The notes under the pieces are model-generated. The model had not been told where the DNA came from. It searched no databases and worked only from the letters and a program-made list of their open reading frames with translations. A stretch of DNA of 52,492 bases, from positions 1 to 52,492 of IMG/VR virus record IMGVR_UViG_3300042922_000373. One strand, given 5' to 3'. The DNA comes from a virus. Its lineage: Duplodnaviria; Caudoviricetes. Of this stretch, positions 24,974 through 35,627 are shown one piece after another (positions within the stretch are counted from its first letter, which is position 1; each line of letters opens with the position of its first letter). A program made the translations under genes and the position numbers.

Positions 24974-27121
24974 TTAGAGAAGTGTCGTCCGGAAGATGGT
25001 CCAAACGGTAGCTTCGCCGTCGAGAACATAACCAGAGTAGTAACAATCCAGCTGGTTTGCAGCCCCAGGGACAATCGTCGCACGAGCAAGAGCCGTGTGC
25101 GCGTATCCACCAGAAGTGCCAACACGAGGAATCGCTACCGTAGTACCTCTCGTGAATTCGAGGCCGTCGTCAGACGACATCATATACAGATCACCCTGTG
25201 AACCAGCGACGTCAACCACCGTGTCGTTGAGAATACCGACGTACTTAGCGCCGATCTTACGCACCTGGATACGCCACGCATCGCGGCCAACCGGGAGCTC
25301 AAGTGGAATCTCAACGGGAGTAGCCCACGTCAATGGTGTGGGGATAGGCCCACCGCTACGGGTGCGCATGATCTTATTCGGCGAACCGGCAGTGTCGACC
25401 GCGTACATCGTCCAGGCGCCGTCTTCGTAGATGAAGGACGGTGAGGCGAACCGCTTCGATCCGTCGGTCTGCCAGATGATCTGCTTGGCACTCCACGTGA
25501 CGCCGTCCGAAGACGTCGACATGTAGATAACCTCAGGCTGAACGTCGGCCACAGTGTAGCGACGCCAGAACAGATACATCGTGCTTCCCGCGTACACCAT
25601 ATCCACGCCCGAGTTGTACGACGTAACACCGGGGGCGTCGTCGATCGGGTTCGTAAGGCCAACCGGGACCTCCCAGAGGAAGCCGTCATGGCTGGCAACG
25701 ATGTTCGGATCCGAGTGCGTGTCGGAGGCGTTCGGATAGGGCGTGTGCGCCATCCAATAGCGGTAACCGTTCCAATCGTTGCCGGCACCGAAGTCGATGA
25801 GCGACGGATGGGCGGTTTCGCCGCCTTCTCCAGCTTCGGACAGGTGCGTCGGGACGGTGATCTTGACCCCTACAGCTGCTGTGTACAGCGCGGGATCCTT
25901 GTCGGTAGGCGGTTCCTCCGTCTCATCTGGCGGTCCCTCGACGACGGCAGTACCGTTCGGCGGAAGGTTGTACCAGGTGATATCGGGATCGACGTCGTAC
26001 CAATCGTCGTTCGGCGGGTATGCGTACCAAGAATATGGCGCAATGTACGACTCAAGAGCGAGTGTCGGGTAGGACTTCTCACCCTCGGCGTCGTCACTGA
26101 AGATCTGCTCGATGACACGCATGTTGTTACTAGAACCACGTCTGCGCATCTCGACGATGTCGCCGAGCCAGTAGTCGACCTGGTAGATATAGCCCGTTTC
26201 CGGGATCGATCCGTCCAGAGCCATCATCCGGCGATGCTTAGCAAGCTCCTCATTTCCGATCTTGGTCATGAGTTGCTCTTTGTTCTCGTCGTCCTCCTTG
26301 ATATTGGCTTTGACGAGGAGCACCCGGCGTTCGAATCCAGCAGCCTCGTGGGCCGTCGTGTCGCCGTAGACGGTAACCATGCCGAAATCGGAAGTGACCA
26401 CCGCCACGTTCTTGAAGTTCGCAGACGAGGTGAATTCGGACACATTGGACAGGTTCTCGAGCTCCGGGCTGAACACCACGGGAGTCCGATCGACCTGAGC
26501 AGCAGTACGGTTACTGCCACTGAAGATGTTGAAGTGGAGATTATGAGTCTCCGGGTTCAGAAGGAACGCAAACCCAAGACCATACTGCGCACAGAACTTC
26601 GTGAGGAACTCGTAGACCGACTGAATATCCTCCTCGATCGTGATGTTCGTGGCGGGTTCAGCGTTGGTCTGAGTCGGCAGCAGCGACATCGAGGTGCTGA
26701 TATCGGGGATTTTGTCCCCCGCGTCAAGCTTTCCGTCGATGCAGATGGTCTTGAATACGAGCCTGGCAATCGCTGCCGGGAGGCCTGTGAGTTCCCAACG
26801 GTCGTTTCCATTGAGATGCACAGGCCCCGCCGACATCACGCGATCTTCGAGGACAGCCTCCAAGGACCGGCCCGACACCTTAAGCATCTGCCGGCCCTCA
26901 GAGTCTTCCGAATCCTCTAGGGTCTCCACCACCATCACTCGTAGAGAGCCATTCTGGATGACCCATTTGCCCTCTACAAATATGGACCGGTTGAGGTCCG
27001 TGGGCTGGATAACCACTTCGAACTCACCCATCTCGGTGAGGCGCTCGTTCCAAACGAACGACTCGAACCGGTCAACGATGTGCTCGCGACGACGGAGATC
27101 GTCAAGAACGTAAATATCCAT
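24974..27121 (-). CDS. minor tail/baseplate hub protein (ReqiPepy6 gp37-like) with a C-terminal Asp-box beta-propeller
   Basis: N-terminal D.FESFVW.ER....GEFE...GRSLE..L..R and DYWLGDIV; C-terminal SHDGFLW, SSDGVTW, SDDGLEF. Confidence 0.75.
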   Translation of the reverse strand: MDIYVLDDLRRREHIVDRFESFVWNERLTEMGEFEVVIQPTDLNRSIFVEGKWVIQNGSLRVMVVETLEDSEDSEGRQMLKVSGRSLEAVLEDRVMSAGPVHLNGNDRWELTGLPAAIARLVFKTICIDGKLDAGDKIPDISTSMSLLPTQTNAEPATNITIEEDIQSVYEFLTKFCAQYGLGFAFLLNPETHNLHFNIFSGSNRTAAQVDRTPVVFSPELENLSNVSEFTSSANFKNVAVVTSDFGMVTVYGDTTAHEAAGFERRVLLVKANIKEDDENKEQLMTKIGNEELAKHRRMMALDGSIPETGYIYQVDYWLGDIVEMRRRGSSNNMRVIEQIFSDDAEGEKSYPTLALESYIAPYSWYAYPPNDDWYDVDPDITWYNLPPNGTAVVEGPPDETEEPPTDKDPALYTAAVGVKITVPTHLSEAGEGGETAHPSLIDFGAGNDWNGYRYWMAHTPYPNASDTHSDPNIVASHDGFLWEVPVGLTNPIDDAPGVTSYNSGVDMVYAGSTMYLFWRRYTVADVQPEVIYMSTSSDGVTWSAKQIIWQTDGSKRFASPSFIYEDGAWTMYAVDTAGSPNKIMRTRSGGPIPTPLTWATPVEIPLELPVGRDAWRIQVRKIGAKYVGILNDTVVDVAGSQGDLYMMSSDDGLEFTRGTTVAIPRVGTSGGYAHTALARATIVPGAANQLDCYYSGYVLDGEATVWTIFRTTLL

Positions 27122-27954
27122 CAGATCCCTCCGTACTTAGATGCGTACTCGATGATGTACGACTGCGCGCTCCCCGCCGCGACAACTCGAATGCGATTTA
27201 GGCCCGGGAGGAGGACGGGATAGTAAGCATACGGTGAGATGCCGTACAGAACCGAGAAACGACTCGATCCTCGATTGACCCATGCGCCCTTTGCCCCCGA
27301 GATCGTGCTGATCTCAAGAACGTCTCCGTTGAGGAGAGGCGCGTCAAAGTCCATCGTCTGTACTATCCCATCGTTACCCCGAACTCGAAGCTGAAGACCA
27401 CTGTTGTGATCCCGAGTCAGCGACATGAGGAACTTGAACCCCGTGTCCACCGTGCCTGAGTACAGCGGCTCGATGAAGTTCGTAGTTGTCGTGTCCACCG
27501 TGGTAGTGCCGATGAGGTATTGCGATTCGATGTACCGGAAGTCCGGGTCGAAGCAGTAGATGCCGATTGTGGCTTCAGGTTCTTGAACATCGCGGGGGGA
27601 ATCGAACGTCTCGACCTCCCCATCGACATTCACCACGAGACCGTTACGCATGTAGAAGCGAACCTCCACCTGCATCCCGGTCATAAAGAACCCATACAGC
27701 TGATTGCGGAGCGAGTCCACTGTTCGGCTGCTGTAGTTAGGTGCGAAGCCCAGCTTGATTCCAAGGTCCCTCGACTCCCGCCGACTGGACTGACGTTTTG
27801 TGCCAGCCAGCCGGGGGAACGAGGTTGTGACGATGTTCGACTTTGTTGGGTCGAGACCCGTCACCTTCTTGATGAGGAGACCATTGGTAGGCTGGTACAT
27901 CGTGAGGGTCAGCTTCGTTCCGTAGACCGTACGGATCTCAATCTTTTCGATCAT
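27121..27954 (-). CDS. distal tail (Dit-like) minor tail protein
   Basis: directly follows the tape measure gene; GLDP...C.DP.F...LLPGLNRI. Confidence 0.75.
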   Translation of the reverse strand: MIEKIEIRTVYGTKLTLTMYQPTNGLLIKKVTGLDPTKSNIVTTSFPRLAGTKRQSSRRESRDLGIKLGFAPNYSSRTVDSLRNQLYGFFMTGMQVEVRFYMRNGLVVNVDGEVETFDSPRDVQEPEATIGIYCFDPDFRYIESQYLIGTTTVDTTTTNFIEPLYSGTVDTGFKFLMSLTRDHNSGLQLRVRGNDGIVQTMDFDAPLLNGDVLEISTISGAKGAWVNRGSSRFSVLYGISPYAYYPVLLPGLNRIRVVAAGSAQSYIIEYASKYGGI

Positions 27955-30900
27955 GGTTTCTTAGCCAACTCCTCCTTAGCACGGGCGATCTGGTTGCGAG
28001 TCGAGCGGTTGAGCTCGGACGCCGAGAGCGCCTTGGGGGACGTGTTGTTCTGGATGAATGTCACCTGAGTGACGCGCTCCTGGAGATCCATCGGCTCATC
28101 ATCGTCATCATCGTCGGGTTCGATTGTTGCCTGCGCGGACTGCGCGAGCGCGAAGTTGTTGTCCAGGCGCAGCTTGGGCGCACCGAACATCGAGCCGAGA
28201 GTGCTAGCTCCCTGCTTGACTCCCGAGAGGTCGAGCACCGGACGGATAGTCGGTGCAACCTCCATGTCTCCCGTAATCGCATTCGCGACATTCGAGAGGG
28301 ACTTCTTCATCTGTTTGATGGAAGCCTCGGCGACGTACTTCGACGCGTTGGTAACTGTCTTCACGTTCCTGATCTGACCGTCAGCCAGACCCTGGTCCAT
28401 GAAGTCACCCACCTTGAAGTATTCACGTGAGGGAGAATGCACGCCAAGCGCAGCCTTAGAAGACGCGAGCGCCTGCAGAGCTACGGAGCGAGCAGCGGCC
28501 GAAACCAGATAACTCCCATTTTGAATACCATTGCGCATTCCTTGCGTAACAGCTGTACCGATCTGATAGCCAGCGTTGCCCGCCGGACCGACCTGATTCT
28601 GAACCTCGCGCACCAAGTTCTGACCAGCAGCACGCCCCATCGCAGTGGACGAAGCGGCCATGATCGGGACATAGGACGAGAAACCGACTACCATCTGGGC
28701 CGTACTCTGAAGAACCGTGGTAGACATCGTCTTGAATGACGTCGACACGAGTGTTGTAGACATCACAACCGGCGGCACCATAGCCGTGACAGCCGTCGAG
28801 AGGGTCTTCACCCCCGTGGCAGCAGTCGTAGCGGTGGTGTTCAGAGAGGTGAACGAGGAGGACGTAGCGTTGAGCCCGGAGGCCGCGGCAGATCCACTCG
28901 TTCCGACCTTTTGGATGTTGGTCCCCAGCTTACCCATGGTGGTGCCGAGCTCTTGCGTCTCTCCGGCCTTTGCGTTAGCCTTATCGATGGCCTTCATGAT
29001 CATGGCGAACGCCACAGTCACGAGACCGCCGAGCGGAACGAGCATCATGAGGGCGAGCCCCGTAAGGAGCGCACCAGCACCGAGCACGGCCAGACCCGCA
29101 CCCAGCACCAGCACCGCAGCGCCTAGAGCCAGGAAGGTCGGGGTGAGCATCAGCATCGCAGGGATGTGCTCCGTCAGTTTGGACATAGACTTGATCACTG
29201 CAGCCAGAGCTACAGCACCGATGAGTCCAACCGCGCCAACAAGAGCCAAACCAGCGCCCAGAGCAATGAGTCCGATGCCAAGAACCAGAATTCCCGCACC
29301 AGCAACCAGCGCACCAGCACCGAAGGCGATCAAGCCAACACCGAGAGCCAGCATCGCCGGAACTGCAGCAACCACCTTCGTAGCCGTATCCGCGAAGACC
29401 AGCAGTCCACCCGATACCGACATGAGAGCCGGGCCAAGCATCATGATAGCCAACGAGAATATGAGCACCGCACCAGACATCAGCACGAGTCCCACACCCA
29501 CCAGAGCAATTGCGGCAGCAAGCATCAGCATCTGCGGCATCACAGGCGTCAGCAGGAGTGCTGCCAAACCAATGATCGCAAACGCAGCGGCCATACCAAC
29601 CAGACCCTGGATAAGGTTGCCCAGAGGCATCGAACCCAGAATCAGAATTGCGCCGGACAGAATAAGCAGAGCACCGGCCACAACGATCATGGCACCGGCA
29701 CCGGTGATGGCCCCAGTCATCGCATTTGCAGCAACGACCAGGATTGCGAGAACCGCCGCCACGGCAATAAGCCCTTGGATGAGCGTAGCCATGTCTAGCG
29801 AGCCCAGAGCAGTGATCGGGATGACCAGCTGACCCACAGCCGCAGCCATAGCCATCAGGCCGACTGCCGCGATAGCCATCTTGGGGCCCAGCGCGGACAG
29901 GGCCTGTGCAGCAATCACGAGGATCGCCAGCACAATACCAATAGCCGCAATTCCCTGGATGAGGAACGGCATCGGGAGCAGACCCAGAGCGGTGAGTGGG
30001 AGCACGAGCATGTTGAGCGCCGCAGCCATGGCCATCAGGCCGACTGCCGACATCACCATCTGTGAGGCGAACTTGCTGATCAACACAGCTGCCCCGACTA
30101 GCGCGGCGAGCGTGATTGCTACAGCGATTCCACCCTGGATCAGGACATCGATCGGCATGTTACCGAATATGGCTACTGCGCCAGCCAGAGCCGTGATCGC
30201 GCCGGCCATTACGACCATTGCAAACGCCGACTTGAGGATAGCGCCCTCAAACTTCTCCATGATCTTTGCCGCGCCGACCAGAAGACCCATCGCCACTGTA
30301 ATGCCGATAAGCCCCTTGATGATGGTCTCGGGTGCCATCGAGCCGATCATACCCATAGCCACAGCCATGAGGATGATTGCGCCAGCCATGATGCCCAATG
30401 CGATAGCTGCCTTGATGAGCGCAGATGCGTTGAGGTTGTTCTTGATGGAGTCGCCGATGCTGGTGAAGCTGCCCTTAAGCGTGTCCGACCAGCTGCTCAT
30501 CTCGTTGCTCTTCGACATGATGCGCTCGACCACCACGAGGATGCCGAGGATCGCACCAGCGATGATTCCGAGAGTGATTGCTGCCTGCTGCATCTGACCG
30601 GGGTCGATCATCGACAGAACAAGAAGGCTCAGAGCGAGAATGCCGATGGCACCCGCGATCTTAAGAAGCGCTTCTGCCTTCAGGTCCATCGCCATGCCCT
30701 TGAGCACGCCAGTGAGACCCTCAAGCGCACCGGAGATACCATCCCCAATACTTCCTGCTGCGTCGAAGATGCTCGTGATGGACTTGAATGCGTTGCGCAC
30801 AGCCAAGACCACACCCACAAGCAGACCCGTGTTAAGAGCCGCGAGAACCGTGTCGAAGTCCGCGCCCTCGAAGAGCTCTGCGAAACCACCACCGAGCTCC

Positions 30901-32750
30901 GAGAACAGCTGACCGATAACCTGACCGACCTTCTTGAAGAAGCCCATCACTGCCTGAACGACCGCCAGAACACCACTCCAGTTCTTGGCGATACGATCGC
31001 CTACCGGACTGAACCTGGTCTCGAGGAAGTCGATGACGTTGGCGTACTTCTCCTTCAGATCTTCGCCGAGTTTCACCAGCGGCTTCATCGCGTTGGACCA
31101 CATGTCGCTGAACTTTGACGGATCGCCGTTCAGAAGCTCGTTGAGAGCCGTGCCCGCGAGCGAAAGTGCCTCGAGGACAGGTCCGACGATCTCCTTACGC
31201 ATAGCGATGAAACCGTCCACCATACCCGAGATGCTCAGGTCTACGCCTTTAACGCCGCCCATGAGGTTGGCAAGAAAGGTGATGAACGGAGTGGCGAGAC
31301 CGACGATCCCCTGAATGAACTGGAAACCAACCTTGATGTTGTCGAAGAATATCCGCAGTGCCCCGCCGGCAAGATCCGTGAAGAACTTGAGTCCGGTGAA
31401 GAGGAACTTGAAGGTGTTGTAGAGGTTCTTTGACCCCTGTTCTCCGATCTTCAGTCCAGCGGTGAAGTCCCGCAGGGCGAACGAGATCTTGGCCAGCGTG
31501 GTACCCCACGAAGGCGGGAAGACGTCCCGGAATGCTTGTCCGATCGGTGTGACGATCTGCATAACAGCGTCAAACGCGTTTCGAATGGCATCGATCATCG
31601 CCGTACGACCGCCGAGATCCTTCCAGATCTGCAGCTGGGCGTTACGCGCGTCGGTGGACGCCGAGATGATGGCGCCTACACGATCGCTGACCTCAGTGAA
31701 GAGAACCTTGGCCTCTTCGAAGTCACCCAGAATGATCTGCCAAGACTGTGCCCACCCAGAACTGACCGACTCCTTGAGAGAGCCCATAAGCTGGGAGAAC
31801 GTCTTGATCTTCGTGGCAGCATCGCTGGCATTGGTACCCAGCTTGATGATCTCGTCGGCCTGCTGCTCGGTATAGCCCATGCTGATGATCTGTTCTTTGG
31901 TGAGGTCACCAGTGAACTTGGCCAGGGTGTCGGTAAGCACCGCGGAGGTGATCCATCCGTCCTGGAGTGAGTCACGGAACGAGCCGTTCTTCGCGATGAT
32001 GTCATCAACGGCGATACCGTGGTTGCGAGCGGTCTCCTTGAGGGCGTCCTGGAAGACCTGACCACCCATGCCGGCGTTGACCACTGAGTTCCAGTCCATC
32101 AGGGAGACCTTTCCAGCGGAAAGTGCCTGTGAAAGCTGGTACATCGCGGTCGAAGCCTGCTGCGAGTTGGAACCCGACATGGCTGCGAGGTTTGCGATAC
32201 CCTTGATGGCTGCGGTCGACGTATCGAGGTCGACACCGGCTGCCGTGAAGGTACCGATGTTCTTCGCCATCTCGGAGAAGTTGTAGATCGTGTCGTCAGC
32301 GTACTTGTTGAGCGTCAGAAGCGCAGCGTTGACCTGGTCGATCGTCGTGCCCTTAGAGGCCGTGTTCGACAGAATGGTCTGGACTGCGTTGATCTGGGTC
32401 TCGTACTCGCCGAAGCCTTCCTTGGCGCTGGCGATGAGGTTTGTACCCAGGCTCTTCGCCGCGTTGATGGCGAAGTTGGTTACTGCCCCACCGAGGCTGA
32501 GAAGGATACCGGTGACAACAACACTCATACCCGAGAACCGGGACTGAATGGTGTCAGCGGCGAGTGCCAGACGCTCGAGTGAGATCTTGCTGGCCGCATC
32601 GGCGATGCTCTGCAGACCCCGTGTGGCGCCGTCGAGCTTAAGACCTTTTTCGAGGTCACCAAGCTGCTTGATGGTGTCCGATGAGGCCTTGGAGAACTGC
32701 GCGTTATCGAACTTCATAGAGACGACGCGCTCGTCAATGCTTGTGCTCAT
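27951..32750 (-). CDS. tape measure protein
   Basis: ~1600 aa, Ala/Gly/Leu-rich; IDERVVSMKFDN; LNKYADDTIYNFSEM; MYQLSQALSAGKV; GVHSPSR; GGAGG RBS before ATG 32750. Confidence 0.95.
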   Translation of the reverse strand: MSTSIDERVVSMKFDNAQFSKASSDTIKQLGDLEKGLKLDGATRGLQSIADAASKISLERLALAADTIQSRFSGMSVVVTGILLSLGGAVTNFAINAAKSLGTNLIASAKEGFGEYETQINAVQTILSNTASKGTTIDQVNAALLTLNKYADDTIYNFSEMAKNIGTFTAAGVDLDTSTAAIKGIANLAAMSGSNSQQASTAMYQLSQALSAGKVSLMDWNSVVNAGMGGQVFQDALKETARNHGIAVDDIIAKNGSFRDSLQDGWITSAVLTDTLAKFTGDLTKEQIISMGYTEQQADEIIKLGTNASDAATKIKTFSQLMGSLKESVSSGWAQSWQIILGDFEEAKVLFTEVSDRVGAIISASTDARNAQLQIWKDLGGRTAMIDAIRNAFDAVMQIVTPIGQAFRDVFPPSWGTTLAKISFALRDFTAGLKIGEQGSKNLYNTFKFLFTGLKFFTDLAGGALRIFFDNIKVGFQFIQGIVGLATPFITFLANLMGGVKGVDLSISGMVDGFIAMRKEIVGPVLEALSLAGTALNELLNGDPSKFSDMWSNAMKPLVKLGEDLKEKYANVIDFLETRFSPVGDRIAKNWSGVLAVVQAVMGFFKKVGQVIGQLFSELGGGFAELFEGADFDTVLAALNTGLLVGVVLAVRNAFKSITSIFDAAGSIGDGISGALEGLTGVLKGMAMDLKAEALLKIAGAIGILALSLLVLSMIDPGQMQQAAITLGIIAGAILGILVVVERIMSKSNEMSSWSDTLKGSFTSIGDSIKNNLNASALIKAAIALGIMAGAIILMAVAMGMIGSMAPETIIKGLIGITVAMGLLVGAAKIMEKFEGAILKSAFAMVVMAGAITALAGAVAIFGNMPIDVLIQGGIAVAITLAALVGAAVLISKFASQMVMSAVGLMAMAAALNMLVLPLTALGLLPMPFLIQGIAAIGIVLAILVIAAQALSALGPKMAIAAVGLMAMAAAVGQLVIPITALGSLDMATLIQGLIAVAAVLAILVVAANAMTGAITGAGAMIVVAGALLILSGAILILGSMPLGNLIQGLVGMAAAFAIIGLAALLLTPVMPQMLMLAAAIALVGVGLVLMSGAVLIFSLAIMMLGPALMSVSGGLLVFADTATKVVAAVPAMLALGVGLIAFGAGALVAGAGILVLGIGLIALGAGLALVGAVGLIGAVALAAVIKSMSKLTEHIPAMLMLTPTFLALGAAVLVLGAGLAVLGAGALLTGLALMMLVPLGGLVTVAFAMIMKAIDKANAKAGETQELGTTMGKLGTNIQKVGTSGSAAASGLNATSSSFTSLNTTATTAATGVKTLSTAVTAMVPPVVMSTTLVSTSFKTMSTTVLQSTAQMVVGFSSYVPIMAASSTAMGRAAGQNLVREVQNQVGPAGNAGYQIGTAVTQGMRNGIQNGSYLVSAAARSVALQALASSKAALGVHSPSREYFKVGDFMDQGLADGQIRNVKTVTNASKYVAEASIKQMKKSLSNVANAITGDMEVAPTIRPVLDLSGVKQGASTLGSMFGAPKLRLDNNFALAQSAQATIEPDDDDDDEPMDLQERVTQVTFIQNNTSPKALSASELNRSTRNQIARAKEELAKKP

Positions 32751-33127
32751 GCAGATTTCACCGCCTTCCATACGTCGTCTGCGATACGATCGAATACCGG
32801 CTGAATGGCCGGGTTAATAAAGTCTCTACCACTGACCCAACCGCCGGTGCCTGTGCCGTGGCCATACTGAAGGCCGATCACGACAAGGAATCCATTCTCG
32901 ACGTCATTGTTGGTCCAGTGAATTGACCACGACGTCTTGGAGCGTTGAACTTCATAGCCCCAAGACGCCGCAGCCAATCCGGAGTCGGACGGTGTCGCGC
33001 TCGCTAGCGCAGTAACTCCCTGCTTTCCATACTTGTCAAGTGCTCGGAAGATTTCCCCTGAGGACATCTTCATGAGTGACTTTTTGGTTCTGCGGAAGTC
33101 GCCGCTGCTGCTGAACGTGATACGCAT
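32747..33127 (-). CDS. HK97 gp10-like tail completion protein
   Basis: ATPSDSG..A.SW...LQYGHGT..GG.V.GRDFINPA. Confidence 0.7.
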   Translation of the reverse strand: MRITFSSSGDFRRTKKSLMKMSSGEIFRALDKYGKQGVTALASATPSDSGLAAASWGYEVQRSKTSWSIHWTNNDVENGFLVVIGLQYGHGTGTGGWVSGRDFINPAIQPVFDRIADDVWKAVKSA

Positions 33128-33146
33128 AGCTGACTCCTATTTTGAA

Positions 33147-33389
33147 CTAGATGGCGTCGAGATCTCCTCGAGGCCACAGCTGTCCTTCAGTTGGTGGGTG
33201 ATAGCTGGCGTCGATTGTGCCGACTGGCGCGAATGAAGTGATGGTTCCGAGATACGGCGCATCCGACGCCTGCGGGACAGACGTAAAGTCGCCATACGCA
33301 ACCATCAAAGTTACGGGGGCATAGTCCGTAACCTCTTCCAGCGTTGGAGGCGACTCTTCTACTGAAGTCAGATCTCCGTAATCAGCCAT
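33147..33389 (-). CDS. hypothetical virion-associated protein
   Basis: ORF in the tail module; internal YGD(L/F)TSV repeat. Confidence 0.55.
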   Translation of the reverse strand: MADYGDLTSVEESPPTLEEVTDYAPVTLMVAYGDFTSVPQASDAPYLGTITSFAPVGTIDASYHPPTEGQLWPRGDLDAI

Positions 33390-33391
33390 AC

Positions 33392-34342
33392 TTACACGTT
33401 TTCCATCATGATCGACCAGCCACTGGCGGCCTGCATCATGGTGCAGGTGACGCCGTCGACTTTAGCTGTGTCACCCCGAATGATACCAGTGGTAGGCGCG
33501 AGCCACACACCGATCAGATCGCCATAAGCAGCGCCCATAGCATTCGGATCCTGGGGTCGAATACGCAAACGGGCAGCCTTGTACCCACCAGGACCGACCG
33601 TAGAGCCCGAGGGGAAATTCGGCCAGCCAGCGGCTATCGGTAGGGCTCTTGACTGCGCATGCAGTTTGGCCGTGTTGTTGAGACCGGCATCGTAGTAGGG
33701 AGGGCAACGGGTCAGTCCGAAGGCCTGTGATCCGTAGTACGCTGTGCCATCCTGGTTAGCGGCGACCCCGCCGTTGAACGTCCCCGCCAGAAGTGGATAG
33801 AGCTTAGCTCCAGCCATTACTGCGTACTCCGGAGTCGGCGTATACAGACCTGCGTAGTACACATCCGTCACGTTGATCGTCGTGCAGAATGCCACTCGTG
33901 ACGGCGTGATGGACGCCCAGTAGCCAAAGGCCGCTGTGGTAAGAGCGAGCCCGAGGCCGTAGGCAATTCGCGGTGCCCAGTTCGTCTCGAGCGCGTGGTT
34001 GGCTGCACCAAACCGAGTGTGGTACACGCTTTCGGTCAGGGGGGCGGAACCAGGCGACGAGAACGGTCCTCGAATGCCCGTGTGAGCCGCTACTGAATAG
34101 TCTTCGAATGCCGAGATGGCGAAGTTGGCAGGGCCGCCTGTGGTCTGATACCCGATGTCGCAGTACCATTTGTACCCCAGAGGGTTACCGGCAGCCAACA
34201 TCTCGTAGACCTTGTGAGTGTTTGCTCCAATGATAACTGTGTCGACGAGTGTGAAACCGACCTCGAGCATCTTGGTGTGGAGAGCAGCGGCAAGAACCGC
34301 GCCCGGATTCAGGTCATTGACTGACCCAGAGATAAAAGCCAT
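33392..34342 (-). CDS. putative minor tail/fibre protein
   Basis: AAGGAG RBS; Gly/Ala/Thr/Tyr-rich. Confidence 0.6.
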   Translation of the reverse strand: MAFISGSVNDLNPGAVLAAALHTKMLEVGFTLVDTVIIGANTHKVYEMLAAGNPLGYKWYCDIGYQTTGGPANFAISAFEDYSVAAHTGIRGPFSSPGSAPLTESVYHTRFGAANHALETNWAPRIAYGLGLALTTAAFGYWASITPSRVAFCTTINVTDVYYAGLYTPTPEYAVMAGAKLYPLLAGTFNGGVAANQDGTAYYGSQAFGLTRCPPYYDAGLNNTAKLHAQSRALPIAAGWPNFPSGSTVGPGGYKAARLRIRPQDPNAMGAAYGDLIGVWLAPTTGIIRGDTAKVDGVTCTMMQAASGWSIMMENV

Positions 34343-34351
34343 AGCTTCTCC

Positions 34352-34810
34352 TTAGTCCAGTTGTCGTGAGACAATTGTGGCTGTGATGATCGCCGGTACG
34401 GTATCCACATTGTCTAGTGCGTAGTAGATGTGATCTTCGCCCGGGAGCGTAGCTCCGATTACCTGCGGTGAAAGTGGGAACAAGGCCGAATCGGTCGACA
34501 CAATGTCTAGAATCAACCCATGCGCCCCTTGAGGGTCGGTACCGGGAGTACGCATGAGGTCGGCGGCTCGTTTGTCTCCACTTACGTAAAGTCGTAGCCG
34601 CGCCTTGGCATGGGACATTGTCACCGAAATGAGTTGAAACTCCGAACCGATGATCATTGTTCCAAGATGGCGTGTTCCAGCCGAGATGGCCGAGGATGCC
34701 ATCACGACAGTCGTTGTTCGCTGAACTCGAAGCTCTTCTCGAAGTCTAGCGAGCACTGGGCCGGGCAAGTTGAATCCCTCATCAACGGCTACGGCTCTGT
34801 TAAATGGCAT
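34352..34810 (-). CDS. hypothetical virion-associated protein
   Basis: GGAGGAGG RBS; TAATG coupling. Confidence 0.6.
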   Translation of the reverse strand: MPFNRAVAVDEGFNLPGPVLARLREELRVQRTTTVVMASSAISAGTRHLGTMIIGSEFQLISVTMSHAKARLRLYVSGDKRAADLMRTPGTDPQGAHGLILDIVSTDSALFPLSPQVIGATLPGEDHIYYALDNVDTVPAIITATIVSRQLD

Positions 34811-35619
34811 TAAGCATCCTCCTCCAAGGTATAAAGACCAGCTGACTCTTCGCTGAGACGCGAATCGGCTGGAATATCGAACACGCCAGGTGTAACCGTC
34901 GGCGATAGGTCTGAAATCAACGAAAGATGCATCGGCCAGAGACCAGTAGTATCCGCCACCTCAAGCTCTAGGGCATTAGCATCCATGAAGTCTAGCCAAT
35001 CGGCGGGCAGGAATATCATGGGCTCACGCCCCTCGATGCCGTAGAGATAGTCTTCCACGATTCGTAGGGTGTCTGAATTCACTTTACGGGAATCCATAAC
35101 GAGATGGGCTGTTGGACGGTAACCGTCAAGCGGTGGCGGTGTCGTCGTGATGTCCCACGAAAAAGGCGCCAACTCGACGTTCGCATTCACTGTCTTGAAC
35201 GTTTTCGCTGACGGGGTGGCCAGACAGTTGAACAACATGTGGATCTTGTAGGCAAAATCGGTACCATGTGTGTCATTCCCGATCAGCGTGCGGTAAGTGA
35301 GATGGAATACCTCACGTTGCTGCTGACCGAGGAACAACCCGGAGGCGTGGTGCTCGTAATAGCCGTCGTACCGAGAGAACTCGTCGGGGTACATGAAGGC
35401 TTCGATCTTACCGGCGAACTCCTCAGGCATCATGTAGTCCAAATACTTCTGGCCGTCGTAGTAGTGCGGTGTGGGTTTCTGACCTGAACTGGTCTGGTCG
35501 ACGCTGGTCAAGCCATTCCAAGGGACCCCGGGAACACCGGAGGCCGGGTAAAGAACCCCACGATCGAGGCCGACCTCGAAGATCCGCTCGCCTGGGGCAT
35601 TCCATGTGACTCGGGTCAT
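34810..35619 (-). CDS. major tail protein paralog
   Basis: MTR..W...GE..FEVG.D.G.LY...PWNGL...EEF.G.IEAFMYPD.F, aligns with 36206..37084. Confidence 0.8.
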   Translation of the reverse strand: MTRVTWNAPGERIFEVGLDRGVLYPASGVPGVPWNGLTSVDQTSSGQKPTPHYYDGQKYLDYMMPEEFAGKIEAFMYPDEFSRYDGYYEHHASGLFLGQQQREVFHLTYRTLIGNDTHGTDFAYKIHMLFNCLATPSAKTFKTVNANVELAPFSWDITTTPPPLDGYRPTAHLVMDSRKVNSDTLRIVEDYLYGIEGREPMIFLPADWLDFMDANALELEVADTTGLWPMHLSLISDLSPTVTPGVFDIPADSRLSEESAGLYTLEEDA

Positions 35620-35627
35620 AGCCCCTC

